Positions 13,978-26,919 of a DNA stretch of 64,000 nt are shown here, piece by piece. Numbering within the stretch: position 1 is the stretch's first letter; the number at the start of each line of letters is the position of its first letter. The translations under genes were made by a program, and so were the position numbers. The DNA is from Azolla caroliniana (Eukaryota > Plantae > Polypodiophyta): NCBI GenBank assembly GCA_043228905.1, contig JBHGNT010000004.1, positions 25,048,001-25,112,000 on the forward strand. The letters run 5' to 3'. The notes under the pieces are model-generated. The model was not told the origin of the DNA and did no database searches. It was given only the letters and a program-made list of their open reading frames with translations.

Positions 13978-15122
13978 CGTCCATGACCAACAAAAGGTTC
14001 CACATAACACGGCCGCCAACCAAAGAAGAAGACGAAGAAGATCTGGCCTTTTGCAGTGTGCCAATCATATATGTCAATCGGTGTAAACCTGTCCTCGGCC
14101 AAGCCAGTCAATGCTTCGACCATAGATTGATTGTATGCGGACTCTCGCAGACACTTAGAAAGACTATAATGATCCCATTGGCACAATCTAGCCAACCATC
14201 TCTATTTTGCTACAATATAATGCCATTAAGCCTTTCCGTCTCCCACGGATCTCTTGATCTCATAGGCCAATACATCTATCTATCTATCTATCTATCTCTT
14301 ACAAGCAACAAATAATCATTAAGGCTATATACCAACGCATCATTCTTGCTGATTTGGGTAAGGGCTTCAACCTTTGGAACAAAAAACGAGAAGTATACAT
14401 GTCCAATGTAGAGGGTGAAATTTGGTGAATATGACAAATTGGTTGATAGCTTAAGGGAAGAAAAAGGCATAGGATAGTCTTGTACCATCCAACGTTTGAA
14501 GCTTTCCCAAATTGCTATTGTGGAATTGCTAGATCCTTTAAGGAATTATAACACAATTTGTCATAAGTGCCTAGTTTGGAGTAACAATTGTTGTCGGGAA
14601 ACCTTAGGACTTACTACACATCCTAATATATGCTAGAATTAAGATCTACGGTGTTGTGACAATGTCTACTCTATCATTGGTGGGAGAAGTAGGAGGGGTA
14701 TCAATCTAGTCCTAAGCCTACAAATGAATACCAATAAACAAGCAAGGAATTCTAATCTTAATACCTAATCACACACTCAAGAGGTCAAGAATTAACCTAG
14801 CATGCTTAGCACAATAAACAAGGGAAACAAAGAAATGAAACAACCACAAACTCTTTAAGAGACAAAGAATGCTCCATGAAAGCTAGTATATTAGAACCTA
14901 ACGTTTTGATCTTGAAGTGAGATTAAGTTAAGTCAATAATTAAGGTTTTGTTAACGAGAGATAAAATATATTAAGAGAGGCTTAAGCTGTAACTCAAGTT
15001 TGCTAAATGTTAAGAAGAAACTTAAAAGACTTATATAAATGTCTTTTATAGCTTTGATAATGCCCTTGGGCATTTTCACATGGAGCAATAAGTCTCTTGA
15101 TTCTCTGGCCCTTGTCTTCTTC

Positions 15123-16582
15123 TTCTTTTTTAAAACAAATTATCCTTCCATTAGTTATAAGAAAGGTCATAACGGTTACACCATACAAAGTATTTTTTCT
15201 CAAGCCCGTCTTGTGTAGACAACGGTTGAGGAAACAAATCTATGTACTCCAACATAGAGAAAACAACCCAACAATTACAATGTATTCCCTAAACACATTG
15301 CAAGGTATCCATATCCATAGGCAACAATGAAAGCAACTCTATTCGGAAACAAACCCTCTCAGGTCATAGTTATGAGTCATTCAATACCTCTTCAACCTGT
15401 GCATCTCGGATTTGAAGGCGATCCACTACATTCTTTGGTTTTTCAAGAGAACCACTTTCCACATTCGTGGTTGTAACGTCAATAATTATGATTCCTCTTT
15501 CCCCATCAACCATCTTGCCAGTTTACCACCAAATTTCTATACATACAACAACAAATTAAGTCAAGTTTCCTCCTCTCCTCATGAGCTTATTCTTCAACCC
15601 CCATACCATCATCACTCGTCCTTATCAAAAAACATAAAAACTGCTTCATTAAGTCCTCATCAACCATCTCGACGAATACCACCAAATTCTTGCACATAAA
15701 CAATAAAAAGTGTCTAAATTCCTCATCTCCTCACGAGAATATGCTTTGACCTCCACACCATCATCACTCATCCTTATCCAAAACATAAATTCTACGTCAT
15801 TAAGTCCACATCATCCATCTTGTTGAATACCACCAAAATCATGCACATACAACAATACATGAGTCTTTTTCCTCATCCCCTCATGAGAGTATGCTTCGCC
15901 CCCACACCCTCATCACTCATCCTTATCCAAAAACATACATTTTGCTTCATCAACTCCGCATCAACTTCTCGCGGATTATTGCCAAAACATGTACATACAA
16001 ACCACTAAATGAGTCTAGTCTTCTAAATAGATTATGCTTCAACCCCTACACCACGGGCACTCATCCTTATCAACTACATGCATTTTGCTTCCTCAAGTCC
16101 ACATCAAACTTCTCGCCGATTACCGCCACAATCCTGTACATACAAACAACTTAGTTTTCTGAAGAAACTATGCTTCAACCCCCACACCACCATCACTCAT
16201 TCTTATCAAAACATGAATTGTGCTTCAATAATCCACATCAACCATCTCACTCTTGCTGATTTATCACCAAAATCGTGTACCTAAAATAAATAAATAAAAG
16301 ACACTACTCTCCTCGTCTCTCATTAAATTATGTTACAATCCTCAACACCATCATCGCTCATCCTTATCCAAAATCAGAAAAATGCTTCATTTTTCGCATC
16401 CATCATCTCACCCTTGTCGGTCCATAGAACTTACCTAAACCCATCCGCCTAGTTTATGTTCTTCTACACAACCTGTAAGATAAAGAGAAAAGAAGAAAAT
16501 ATATACCTCACGATTATGTTTGAAATAAGAAAGAACTAGGGGGCGGGAATAGCCAACGTGGTGGAACATAATTCCAACAATA
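15123..16582 (-). mobile_element. Non-autonomous non-LTR (poly-A) retroelement, longest copy, with six ~150-bp internal monomers
   Basis: ~22-bp TSD ttctctggcccttgtcttcttc (15101-15122) / ttctctggtccttgtcttattc (16583-16604). The 3' end reads ctaatggaaggata..aaaa on the minus strand. The monomer core atgcttcaacccccacaccatcatcactcatccttatc occurs at ~15590, 15741, 15891, 16033, 16170 and 16330. Confidence 0.75.
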
Positions 16583-17294
16583 TTCTCTGGTCCTTGTCTT
16601 ATTCCTTTGTTTCTTTCCTTATCCTTCATTTATTACCATTGTCCTAATGTACAGAATTAGTTAACAATTGTGTGAGTGATTACAATAATTAAGTGTGCTA
16701 TTTATAGCATAGTGTAGGGACTTAATAACCTTCGGCAGTAGAATTTGTTTTGAATTTACATTATTTTACATCAAACTGATATAGTTTGTTGTATGGAACA
16801 AAAACAACTTGTTTTCTTTTTTGCCACATAGGACATATTTTATGCTAGTGAAATCACCCATTGGCAACTTACAATGTTTTGGGTAAATGGATAATTATAA
16901 AGCTCGAGTTTGTCAGGGGTTATGCTCCCTATGCTTTAAAAGATAGAGCTTGTGGCACAACATAACCTACCTTTGGTTAGATAACGTTCACATAAACATT
17001 GATTTTAATAACTCTCCCAATATGAGTGATTATAATACTAATTGTTCACATATGTTTCTAGAGAAGTAATGAAACTAGGATTTCACAAAAAATTAGTCGA
17101 ATTGTGTTTACATTTGAAGAAATTTATATCCTGAAGTACCAAGATTTACGACACATCTCTCTACTCATTCAAATTATTGTGCGTAATTGGATAGATTGTA
17201 TATGTTTACATGAACACCAATTCAATAATTTCACATACATGATGTGTGTTTGATCATATACAACTTTTTGATCATGCTCCACTATAGTTACATC

Positions 17295-18111
17295 CATAGA
17301 TTGACCCATGCGCAATATTCGTGGTATTCGACATCCATAATATTCGCGATATGCGAGAATATAAAACGGCCCCAAGAATATTATAAAACCGTTCGTTTAC
17401 ATATACACACATACATACATGTGTATACACACACATATATCACTCATATATGTATATACACACATACATCAATAATTAATTAACTCACTAATATCATAAT
17501 TAATTAATTCACTTAAAACATTAAATGATTCACTAATACATTAATTAATTAATTCACTTAAACATTAATTGATTCACTAATACATTAATTAATTAATTCA
17601 CTTAAACATTAATTGACTCACTAATACATTAATTAATTTACTAATATTGTATACATATCTTAATTCATTAAAAATTTAATTAATTAATTAAAAAATATTA
17701 GTTAATTAATTAGGGCTTCTACTAAACTTAGCTAAACTTAGAGTTTTAGTGAAAGCCTGAGTTTGGAGCTGAGAACAGGATGTAGGATTGGAATAGAGCA
17801 TGAGAGGGAGTCACAGACGCAGGCTCAAAAGAAAGAAATATTGTCGAAATTAGGATTATGACAGAGATTAGGGTTTTTAGCTGAAACCCTAATTTTCTGG
17901 CCGAGAACAATATGTAGAGGGAAGCGAGGGCAGCACGCACGGGGAGGGAGTAGGGTGAGGCTTCCTCACTTGCTGCTCATTGTTCGTTCACTCGCTCACA
18001 GGAAAAAAACAATTTTTTATTTTTTATTTTTAAAAAGAAAAAAGAAAAAAAAGAAAACGAATACATTTACATGCATTCGTATTCCTGTTCATATGGATTC
18101 GTGGGGCAGGC
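17295..18111 (+). mobile_element. CATAGATTGAC-family MITE body, truncated just before its right TIR
   Basis: Colinear with 6705-7403 (left end, attaattaattcact array, gccgagaaca/aaaccctaat blocks, ..ttcgtggggcaggc). It lacks the final ccgacgaatgcgaatatgtcaatctatg and is joined directly to gypsy gag. Confidence 0.8.
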
Positions 18112-18929
18112 AACAACAAGAAGGCGACAACACAACAAGTATGCAACCCGAATTCGGAGAACATACATCGATGCATACAACCATGGAGCAAATGTTCCAA
18201 GCAATGTCTACGATGATGATACAGGTAAATCACACAAACCAAGCACTCATGACGTGGCTCACCTCTCAATCTCAATCCACAGGAACAATAAGTGATAAAG
18301 AAAAAGATTCCCGAATACGTCCAAGATCATTCTCTGGCCTCCCCACAGAGGATGTACTAGCTTGGCTACATCATTTTGACCTCGTCACAGGTTATCACGA
18401 TTGAAATGATGAAAGAAAGGCATTGGAGTTGCAAACAGTATTAGAGCATGATGCCGCCACGTGGTTCATACAACAACCAGAGGAGATCAAGAACGATTGA
18501 CACTATTTGCGGGAGCAACTCATACAACATTTCGCTAACAACGATGTGACGCAATCCACACTACAACAGCTGAATAGTCTCCATCAACAACTCAACTAGC
18601 CGGTGACACAATTCACTGTAAAGCTAAAACAACTACTGCTTCGAGTCGACCCCAACATGAAGGAAACCATGAAGTTGTACTTCCTACTACCACGGTTACG
18701 ACATGATCTATACCGGCGCATTCGGGAACAAGGACCGACATCATTCCATATGGCAATCCAAATCGCTCAACGGATTGAGGCACCCGATTACATATAGTTG
18801 CCGCCATCCACACAACCCATGAGCAACAGTCATCACAAACAACCAAATGATTCCTCGGTTTCACCAATGGACATCGATGTACAGAATGTACAATTCACCA
18901 AGAAAAATAGCTTACTTGATCGTGATTCT

Positions 18930-19757
18930 TGTTGGGAAACAGGTCCCTCCGGATGGGAAGGAAGAAGAACAGTGCCGATGAACAAACTCGGCCGAGGCCG
19001 ATAGGCCGAAGCCGAAGCCGTATGAGGAGGACCCGGCTACGGAGAGCCGGATGGTGCAGGCCGGGTATGAACCGGATGAGGAGTACCCGGCTACGGAGAG
19101 TCGGATGGTGCAGGCCCGGTATGAACCGGATGGGGAGTACCCGACTACGGAGAGCCGGATGGTGCAGGCCCGGTATGAACCGGATGAGGAGTACCCGGCT
19201 ACGGAGAGCCGGATGGTGCAGGCTCGGTATGAACCGGATGAGGAGTACCCGGCTACGGAGAGCCGGATGGTACAGACCCGGTGAGAACCGGATGAAGAGA
19301 CATATTCGTAAATATGTTTCTGAGAGCCCATCGAGGCTACATTTGTAAATAGCCGAAAAGTCATATTAGTATAAATATGACTTAGGGCAAACTTCTAGGT
19401 ATAGTTGTTGTCATTTTCTGTTTTGCACGAGATCAGTGTGCGTAACTGTACAGAGAGAGAGAGAGAGAGAAAGAGGTCGCTGCCTCTGTTGTAACCGCCG
19501 CATGTGGCGAAGAGCGTGAGTCCGAGGTCGTTGCCTCCGAGAACTCACTGTTTTGTACATTCATACATAGTGACAGTTTGCAGCCTGTGGGCTGCCGTGG
19601 TTTTTCCCCTAGTTTGGGGTTTTCCACGTAAACCTCCTATGTAGTGTGTGTGTATCTTCCTCTCCTTTGTGTCGTGTTCTATTTCCCGTTTTCTGTGTAT
19701 GAAAAGAATCTCGGTTGTGGCCGAGCTTTGTGCATAAGGAGCGTTGAGTTCCCGTCA
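18930..19757 (+). repeat. Copia 5' LTR (828 bp) with five 54-bp tandem units
   Basis: Unit gagtacccggctacggagagccggatggtgcaggcccggtatgaaccggatgag x5 at ~19027-19296. TATA-like tataaat at ~19370. Confidence 0.95.
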
Positions 19758-19787
19758 AGTGGTATCAGAGCGAAATCGACACAGAAA

Positions 19788-22700
19788 ATGGACGAATCAT
19801 TTGGCGGCATGTTCAAGCTCACCGGCTCCAACTATTCAGTATGGAAGTCGAAGATGAGGGACATGCTCGTTGTTAAAGACCTCTGGCTGCCGGTTCAGTT
19901 CGGGGACAAGAGACCGGAGGTGATGCACATGAAGACAACGGCGTACATACGGTGCTTCATCGACATGAGCCTGTACAACAACTTCAATGAAGAGAGAAGG
20001 GCTCATGAGCTTTGGGAGAAGATCAGCATAATGTTTCAAAACAAAAATGCTGTTAATCAGGTTTTGGTATTCCGGAAGCTAGTAAGACTCTGGTACCAAG
20101 ATGGCTCCAGCATGGCGGAGCATATGAATGCCTTCCAGGGGCTAATACACCAGGCAACGTCATTGGAAGTACCTCTTGCCGATGAGGTACTAGCGCTACT
20201 CCTGCTCGGTTCCCTCCCGGATAGCTAGGAGACGTTGGTTGTCACTTTGGGCAACGCCGGGCCGGAAGGAAAACGGTTATCCCTAGCAAGAGTAAAGTCG
20301 AGCTTGCTAGATGAGGAGGCGCGTCGGAAAGACAAAGATACGAGCTCCGACTCCAAAGCGCTTCTTACCGAATCGGAACGCGGAAGACAGAGAAACCGTA
20401 GTCCCCAGAACCGGGAGAAATCGGGGACACGGTCAAAGTCAAGGGGGAGGCCTACTTGCTTCTATTGCGGCAAGCCGGGACACTTCCAAAAGAAATGTCG
20501 GCATTTCCGTAAAGACAAGGAAACCGACGGTACCGATTCGAAGCAAACCCCGGACCGGAACGGTAAAGACCGGAGGGGGCCGGACCGGAAGGGAACGACG
20601 GCAATCGCGGCAAGTGAAGAGGAGTTGATGCTCATTACCGAGGAGAGTGAAATAAACCTTGCCGGCGACGAGATGACCTGGGTGATAGACTTCGGAGCGT
20701 CGTTCCACCTTACCCCGGACCGGAAATGCTTCTCATCCTACTCAGCTGGTGATCACGGCTGTGTCCGGATGGGAAATGAAGGGACATGCCGAATTGTCGG
20801 CATAGGAGACGTGTGGCTGTCAACACCAATCGGATGCAAGTTGCTGCTGAAGGATGTCCGACACGTTCCGGAAGTTCGTCTGAACCTGATATCAACCGGT
20901 CGGCTAGATGATGAAGGCTACACGGGTAGCATCCGGAACGGTGTCATGAAGTTCAGCAAAGGGAGCCTGATTGTGGCTTGGGCCCGAAAGGTAAACACAC
21001 TGTACCTGATGAATGCCCGGTTATGTCCGGAAGAAGTGAACGTGGCATCCGACACTGCCGGTGAGCTGTGGCACAAGAGGCTGTGTCATATGAGCGAGAA
21101 GGGGATGAAGAGGCTTGCAGACGACAACCTCATTCCAGTGAAGAACGTGCACTTGGAAAAGTGCACTAATTGTCTGGCCGGTAAGCAGAACCGGACCTCC
21201 TTTCGATCAAGGCCACCGATGAGACGTAATGCACCATGGATCAGGTGTTATCCGTCTTCAAAGAGCTCCACGCGAGAGTGGAAAGAGAAATCAGCCGGAA
21301 GCTGAAGGCGGTTCGAGCAGATAACGGAGGAGAGTACCGGGGGCAGTTCGAGGAGTACTGCCGCTCGAAGGGAATTCGACTCGAATTTACCGTGCCGAAG
21401 ACGCCGGAACTAAACGGACTGGCCGAGAGGATGAACCGGACCATAATGGAGAGGGTCCGGAGTATGCTAGCGCATGCAAAACTACCCAAGAAGTTTTGGG
21501 CTGAGGCACTGTCGACGGCGATATACGTGATAAATAGATCACCCTCAGTACCCTTGGACGGAGACACGCCACAGAGAGTGTGGACCGGTAAGGAAGTATC
21601 CTACCGGCATCTGAAGGTGTTCGAGTGTCTCGCTTACGTGCATGTAGCTAAGGACTGGAGAGGTAAGTTAGATCCAAAGACCCGACCATGCATATTCCTC
21701 GGTTACGGTGACGATGAGTTCGGCTACCGAGTGTGGGACCCGGTCGACAAGAAGGTATTCCGGAGTCGAGATATTATCTTCATGGAGGGCAAGACGCTCG
21801 CCGACTGGGAGTCAGAGAAGAAGATAATGAACTCCGAGTCGACTAGTAAGGATAGACTCTACGATGAACAGACCCAACCGGCAAGAGACCGGTTAGCACT
21901 CGAGGAACCAGCCGGTTACGGTGAGGATACCGAATCGGCAGAAGAAGAAGTAGAGGAAGCTGAGACCGGAACCGGCCAAGACCCCGAATCGGATTCGGAT
22001 GAAGAGCAAATGGAGGAGCCGGTTACCGAAGCCCGAAGACGTAGATATCCTCTTAGAGAAAGAAGGCCCCCCCGGAGATTTTCGGATGCAGAGCATGTTC
22101 TGCTGACCGATGAGGGGGAGCCGGAAAGCTTCGAAGAAGTGAAGGAAGACACCCACAGCCGAAAATGGTTAAGTGCCATGCAGGACGAGATGGATTCCCT
22201 ACATGAGAACCATACATACGAATTGGTGGAGTTGCCGAAAGGAAAGCGGGCACTCCGAAACAAGTGGGTGTACAAGTTGAAACCGAGAGATGCCGGCAAA
22301 CCCCCGAGATACAAAGCCAGGATCGTGGTGAAGGGGTTCCAGCAGAAGAAGGGCGTGGACTTCGACGAGATATTTGCCCCGGTAGTAAAGATGACCTCCA
22401 TCCGGACAGTGCTGAGTATAGCGGCAAGCATGGACCTCGAGGTAGAGCAGCTGGACGTGAAGACGGCATTCCTTCACGGCGACCTCGAAGAGGAGATCTA
22501 CATGCAGCAACCGAAAGGATTTGTGGAGAAAGGGAAGGAGCACCTGGTATGCCGGTTGAAGAAGAGCCTGTACGGACTTAAGCAGGCTCCCCGACAATGG
22601 TACCGGAAGTTCGACTCCTTCATGACCGATCAAGGGTACCACAAGACGCAGGCCGATCACTACGTGTTTGTGAAGAAGTTCGAAGGAGGGGACTTCCTGA

Positions 22701-23689
22701 TACTCCTCCTGTACGTGGATGACATGTTGATCGTCGGACGAGACCAAGTAAAAATACGGATGCTGAAGAAGGCTCTCAACCGGACCTTCTCAATGAAAGA
22801 CTTGGGTCCGGCAAGACAGATGTTAGGGATGCACATCATCCGTAACCGGAAAGCGAAGCAATTATGGTTGTCACAGGAGAAGTATGTGACAAAGGTGCTT
22901 CACCGGTTCAACATGTCAGATGCAAAACCGGTCGGATCGACACTTCCGGCAAACTGCAAGCTATCCGGCAAGCAAAGCCCGAAGACGAAAGGAGAGAAGG
23001 CAGATATGATGAAGATTCCATATGCCTCTGCCGTCGGGAGCTTGATGTACGCAATGGTTTGTACCCGGCCGGATATTGGATACGCAGTCGGAGTGGTGAG
23101 CCGGTTCATGAGTAATCCCTGCAAGGAGCACTGGAACGCAGTCAAATGGATACTCCGGTATTTGAAGGGCACTTCAAATATGTGTCTCCGATTTGGCTCC
23201 GGAAAACCTCAACTGGACGGTTTCACCGATTCGGACATGTCGGCTGATGTGGATACCAACCGGTCTACATCCGGGTATGTGATGACATATGCAGGGGGAG
23301 CTGTTTCGTGGCAGTCGAGGCTGCAAAAGACGGTTACATTGTCAACCACGGAGGCGGAGTACATGGCGGTTGTGGAAGCCGACAAGGAAATTTTATGGAT
23401 GAAGGACTTCATCGGAGAGCTCGGTAAACGGCAAGAGGAATACCGACTCTACTGCGACAGTCAAAGTGCCATCCACCTTGCTAAGAATGCGGCCTACCAT
23501 TCCCGGACGAAGCATATCCAGCGGAGGTATCACTGGATCCGGGAAAGAGTAGATGACCAGGAGTTCGCACTGACGAAGATCCACACGGCCGAGAACGGGT
23601 CAGATATGCTGACCAAAGTGCTGACACCCGACAAGCTGGACGCATGCCGGAAGAGGATCGGACTGGTAAGACACCCCATGCCGGAGTGA
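19788..23689 (+). pseudogene. Copia gag-pol polyprotein, disabled
   Basis: ATG at 19788; in-frame TAG at 20226-20228 (LPDS*ETLVV). CCHC CFYCGKPGHFQKKC. Protease site reads WVIDFGAS (canonical DSG). A deletion/frameshift at ~21236 removes the first integrase core segment. RT LDVKTAFLHG and YVDD; RNase H ..TKHIQRRYHWIR. Confidence 0.9.
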
Positions 23690-23699
23690 AGGGGGAGTT

Positions 23700-24405
23700 T
23701 GTTGGGAAACAGGTCCCTCCGGATGGGAAGGAAGAAGAACAGTGCCGATGAACAAACTCGGCCTCGGCCGAAACCGTATGAGGAGGACCCGGCTACGGAG
23801 AGCCGGATGGTGCAGGCCCGGTATGAACCGGATGAGGAGTACCCGGCTACGGAGCGCCGGATGGTGCAGGCCCGGTATGAACCGGATGAGGAGTACCCAG
23901 CTACGGAGAGCCGGATGGTACAGACTCGGTGAGAATCGGATGAAGAGACATATTCGTAAATATGTTTCTGAGAGCCCATCGAGGCTACATTTGTAAATAG
24001 CCGAAAAGTCATATTAGTATAAATATGACTTAGGGCAAACTTCTAGGTATAGTTGTTGTCATTTTCTGTTTTGCACGAGATCAGTGTGCATAACTGTACA
24101 GAGAGAGAGAGAGAGAGAAAGAGGTCGCTGCCTCTGTTGTAATCGCCGCCTGTGGCGAAGAGCGTGAGTCCGAGGTCGTTGCCTCCGAGAACTCACTGTT
24201 TTGTACATTCATACATAGTGACAGTTTGCAGCCTGTGGGCTGCCGTGGTTTTTCCCCTAGTTTGGGGTTTTCCACGTAAACCTCCTGTGTAGTGTGTGTG
24301 TATCTTCCTCTCCTTTCTGTCGTGTTCTATTTCCCGTTTTCTGTGTATGAAAAGAATCTCGATTGTGGCCGAGCTTTGTGCATAAGGAGCGTTGAGTTCC
24401 CGTCA
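23700..24405 (+). repeat. Copia 3' LTR (706 bp) with three 54-bp tandem units
   Basis: Near-identical to the 5' LTR except for two fewer 54-bp units, a 14-bp indel and a handful of substitutions. Confidence 0.95.
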
Positions 24406-26919
24406 ATTCTCACGGCAAGCTGCATTGTTTTTACTGTAATGGGTATGGCCATATTAAAAAACATTGCAGGAAATTGGCGACATCTAAACACCATCAGAAT
24501 GCTCAAGTCCAATTGGCTGATTCGATGTCACTTGCCGATGTACAAGGAAACCACCAAGCGGGAAACTGATGGAGGAGCAACTACCACACATTCAAGCCGC
24601 AACCTCTTCCAAACGACTGGTATGTTCCACATTAGCACGAATAGATAACACGTCACAAGAGGCCCTCTTAGATTCAGGAAGCACGATCTCTTCTATTAGC
24701 ATAGATTTAGTCAATTCATTAAACCTACCCACGTCCCCAGCAACACAAATACAAGTAGTCTTTGGTGATAAACAATGAGTCTACCAATCGTCCACACAAG
24801 CACATTGGACCTTCTTTTTAGCACAACATAAGTTCCTACATTCATTTTATGTATTACCACAACAATTATTTCACATGACATTAGGATGCGATTGGTTTAT
24901 CAAAACTCGAGCACAACTACATTTTGATACTCAATCGCTAGTTTTGCCATCCCTTAAGCCGTTCACCACGATTCCCTTGCTTAGCTCACCACAACTTAGC
25001 AGCCACATAATGCATACACAAGTTCATATAGAATCGACCATAGTATGGACCGCCGACATCCGCCGACTCTTGCGGGAATTTCCAACGTTATTCCGCAGGA
25101 CAACGATCCCAACACAAATCTATTTTCCTGTTCAACATACAATCCCGACAGTCATAGGACAACAAGTTCGGATGGCTGCCAGACGACGATCTCCCTTGGA
25201 TAATCAAAGGATCAATCAAGCAGTAAAAGACATGTTGGACAAGGATAGTATAGAGCCATCAAATAGTGACTGGGTCTCGGAACCGCATTTGGTGCGCAAG
25301 GACGATGACGCCTTTCATTTTTGCATTGATTTCTGTCCTTTGAATAAGGTTACCAAGCATGACCTATACCTGCTTCCACACATAAATGATCTATTGGATC
25401 AAGTCGGGAAGTCCAAATACTTCACATCATTAGACCTCGCATTAGGCTATTGACAGATTCCATTAACCCCTACGAACAAACATAAAACTACTTTTAGGAC
25501 ACAACATGGTTTATTTCAGTTTAAAAGAATGCCCTTCGGCCTATCTGATGCTAGCAACACTTTTCAGAGGATGGCGAATTCAATATTTCACGACTTGATC
25601 CAAGAAGGAGTGGTACTAGTATACCTATACGATATTTTGATTCATACACCAGAATGGGAACAACATATCCACATTTTGAAGGAGGTTCTACACAAGATAT
25701 AGAAATACAACCTACAACTCCAATGGAAGAAATGCCAATGGGGTGCTACTACATTAAAATTCTTGGGTTTCATCATATCTGCCATAGGAATCAACATGGA
25801 CCTTGCTAAGATCAAGGCAATCACCGATTATCCGCAGCCAGCAAATGTCAAGTCACTCCAAAGCTTCTTAGGTCTTGTCAACTTCTCTCTCCGGTTTGTC
25901 CCACAACTCACAACCATCACACAACCATTATGCCTCTTATTGAAGAAGGACACACCATTCTCTTGGTTGAAGGCTTGCATAAAGAGTTTTCAACAAATCA
26001 AAAGAATCATTCAAGAAGCAGCCCAATTAGCATTCTTGGATTTCAGCAAGACATTTCACTTACAAACGGACGCATCAAATACAGGAATTGGTGTTGTTTT
26101 ACTACATCGGGATCACTCTCATAATTGGCGACCTATCGCCTACATTAGTCGAGCTCTCACAAAGGCCAAATTGAACTACTCAACTACAGAAAAGGAATTC
26201 TTGGCAGTGGTTTGGGCCTTCCAAAAGTTTCACCCATATTTGCATGGGACCATAGTTCAGGTCGAAACAAACCATCAACCCTTAGTATCATTGATACACA
26301 AGAGCCATCCACCGGGTCGTCTATTACGCGGGGCATTAGCATTACAGGAATACAGATTCACCATGACCTACAGACGTGGCATCACTAATATAGTAGTTGA
26401 TTCACTATCTCGCATAAAGCATCAGGCATCCCAAATCGATGTGCAGACCGAGCTGCCAATTTATCCACACCAAGTAGTCGAGCTTCAGCAGAAAGACCCG
26501 ATGATTTGAGACATTATCTTGTGTCTTCAGTGTGGACGAGATCAACATGTCAATCGCAACGTCATCATCATCAATAACATATTACACTTCGTTAGTCAAG
26601 GACAACCCCCACAACTTTATGTCCCAAAAGCGTTATGTTCAACATATTTGGAGTTCTATCATAGCAACCAACTAGCCGGACACTTCGGTTTTCATAAAAT
26701 ATTACACCATATCATATCTCTATTCTATCGGCCCAAACTTCGCCATTCAATCTCTCGATTTCCACAAGCATTCCCGACATGCCAATCGATGAAAGAGCCA
26801 CAACAAGCATCCGACATTCTACAACCTCTCACAGTCAAGGAACCGTTTGAATTACTGGGTTGGGATCTAATGGGTCCCTTTCCAACTTCAATAAATGGTA
26901 ATAAGTATATTTTGGTCAT

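Larger units (their letters stand above)
18930..24405 (+). mobile_element. Full-length Ty1/copia LTR retrotransposon (Tnt1/Tork-like) nested in gypsy gag
   Basis: TG...CA LTRs at 18930-19757 and 23700-24405. 5-bp TSD attct (18925-18929 / 24406-24410). PBS tggtatcagagc (tRNA-iMet) at 19760-19771. PPT gaagggggag at 23688-23697. Domain order gag-PR-INT-RT-RH. Confidence 0.97.

Noticed and set aside
15500-16430. Conserved cores with variable intervals as a CRISPR-like array
   Set aside because: The intervals are homologous to each other (diverged tandem monomers), the context is eukaryotic, and there are no cas genes.
19027-19296. 54-bp direct repeats as a CRISPR array or a repeat protein (MVQARYEPDEEYPATESR)n
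   Set aside because: The units are head-to-tail with no unique spacers and lie in both copia LTRs. The ORFs arise because the unit is a stop-poor multiple of 3.
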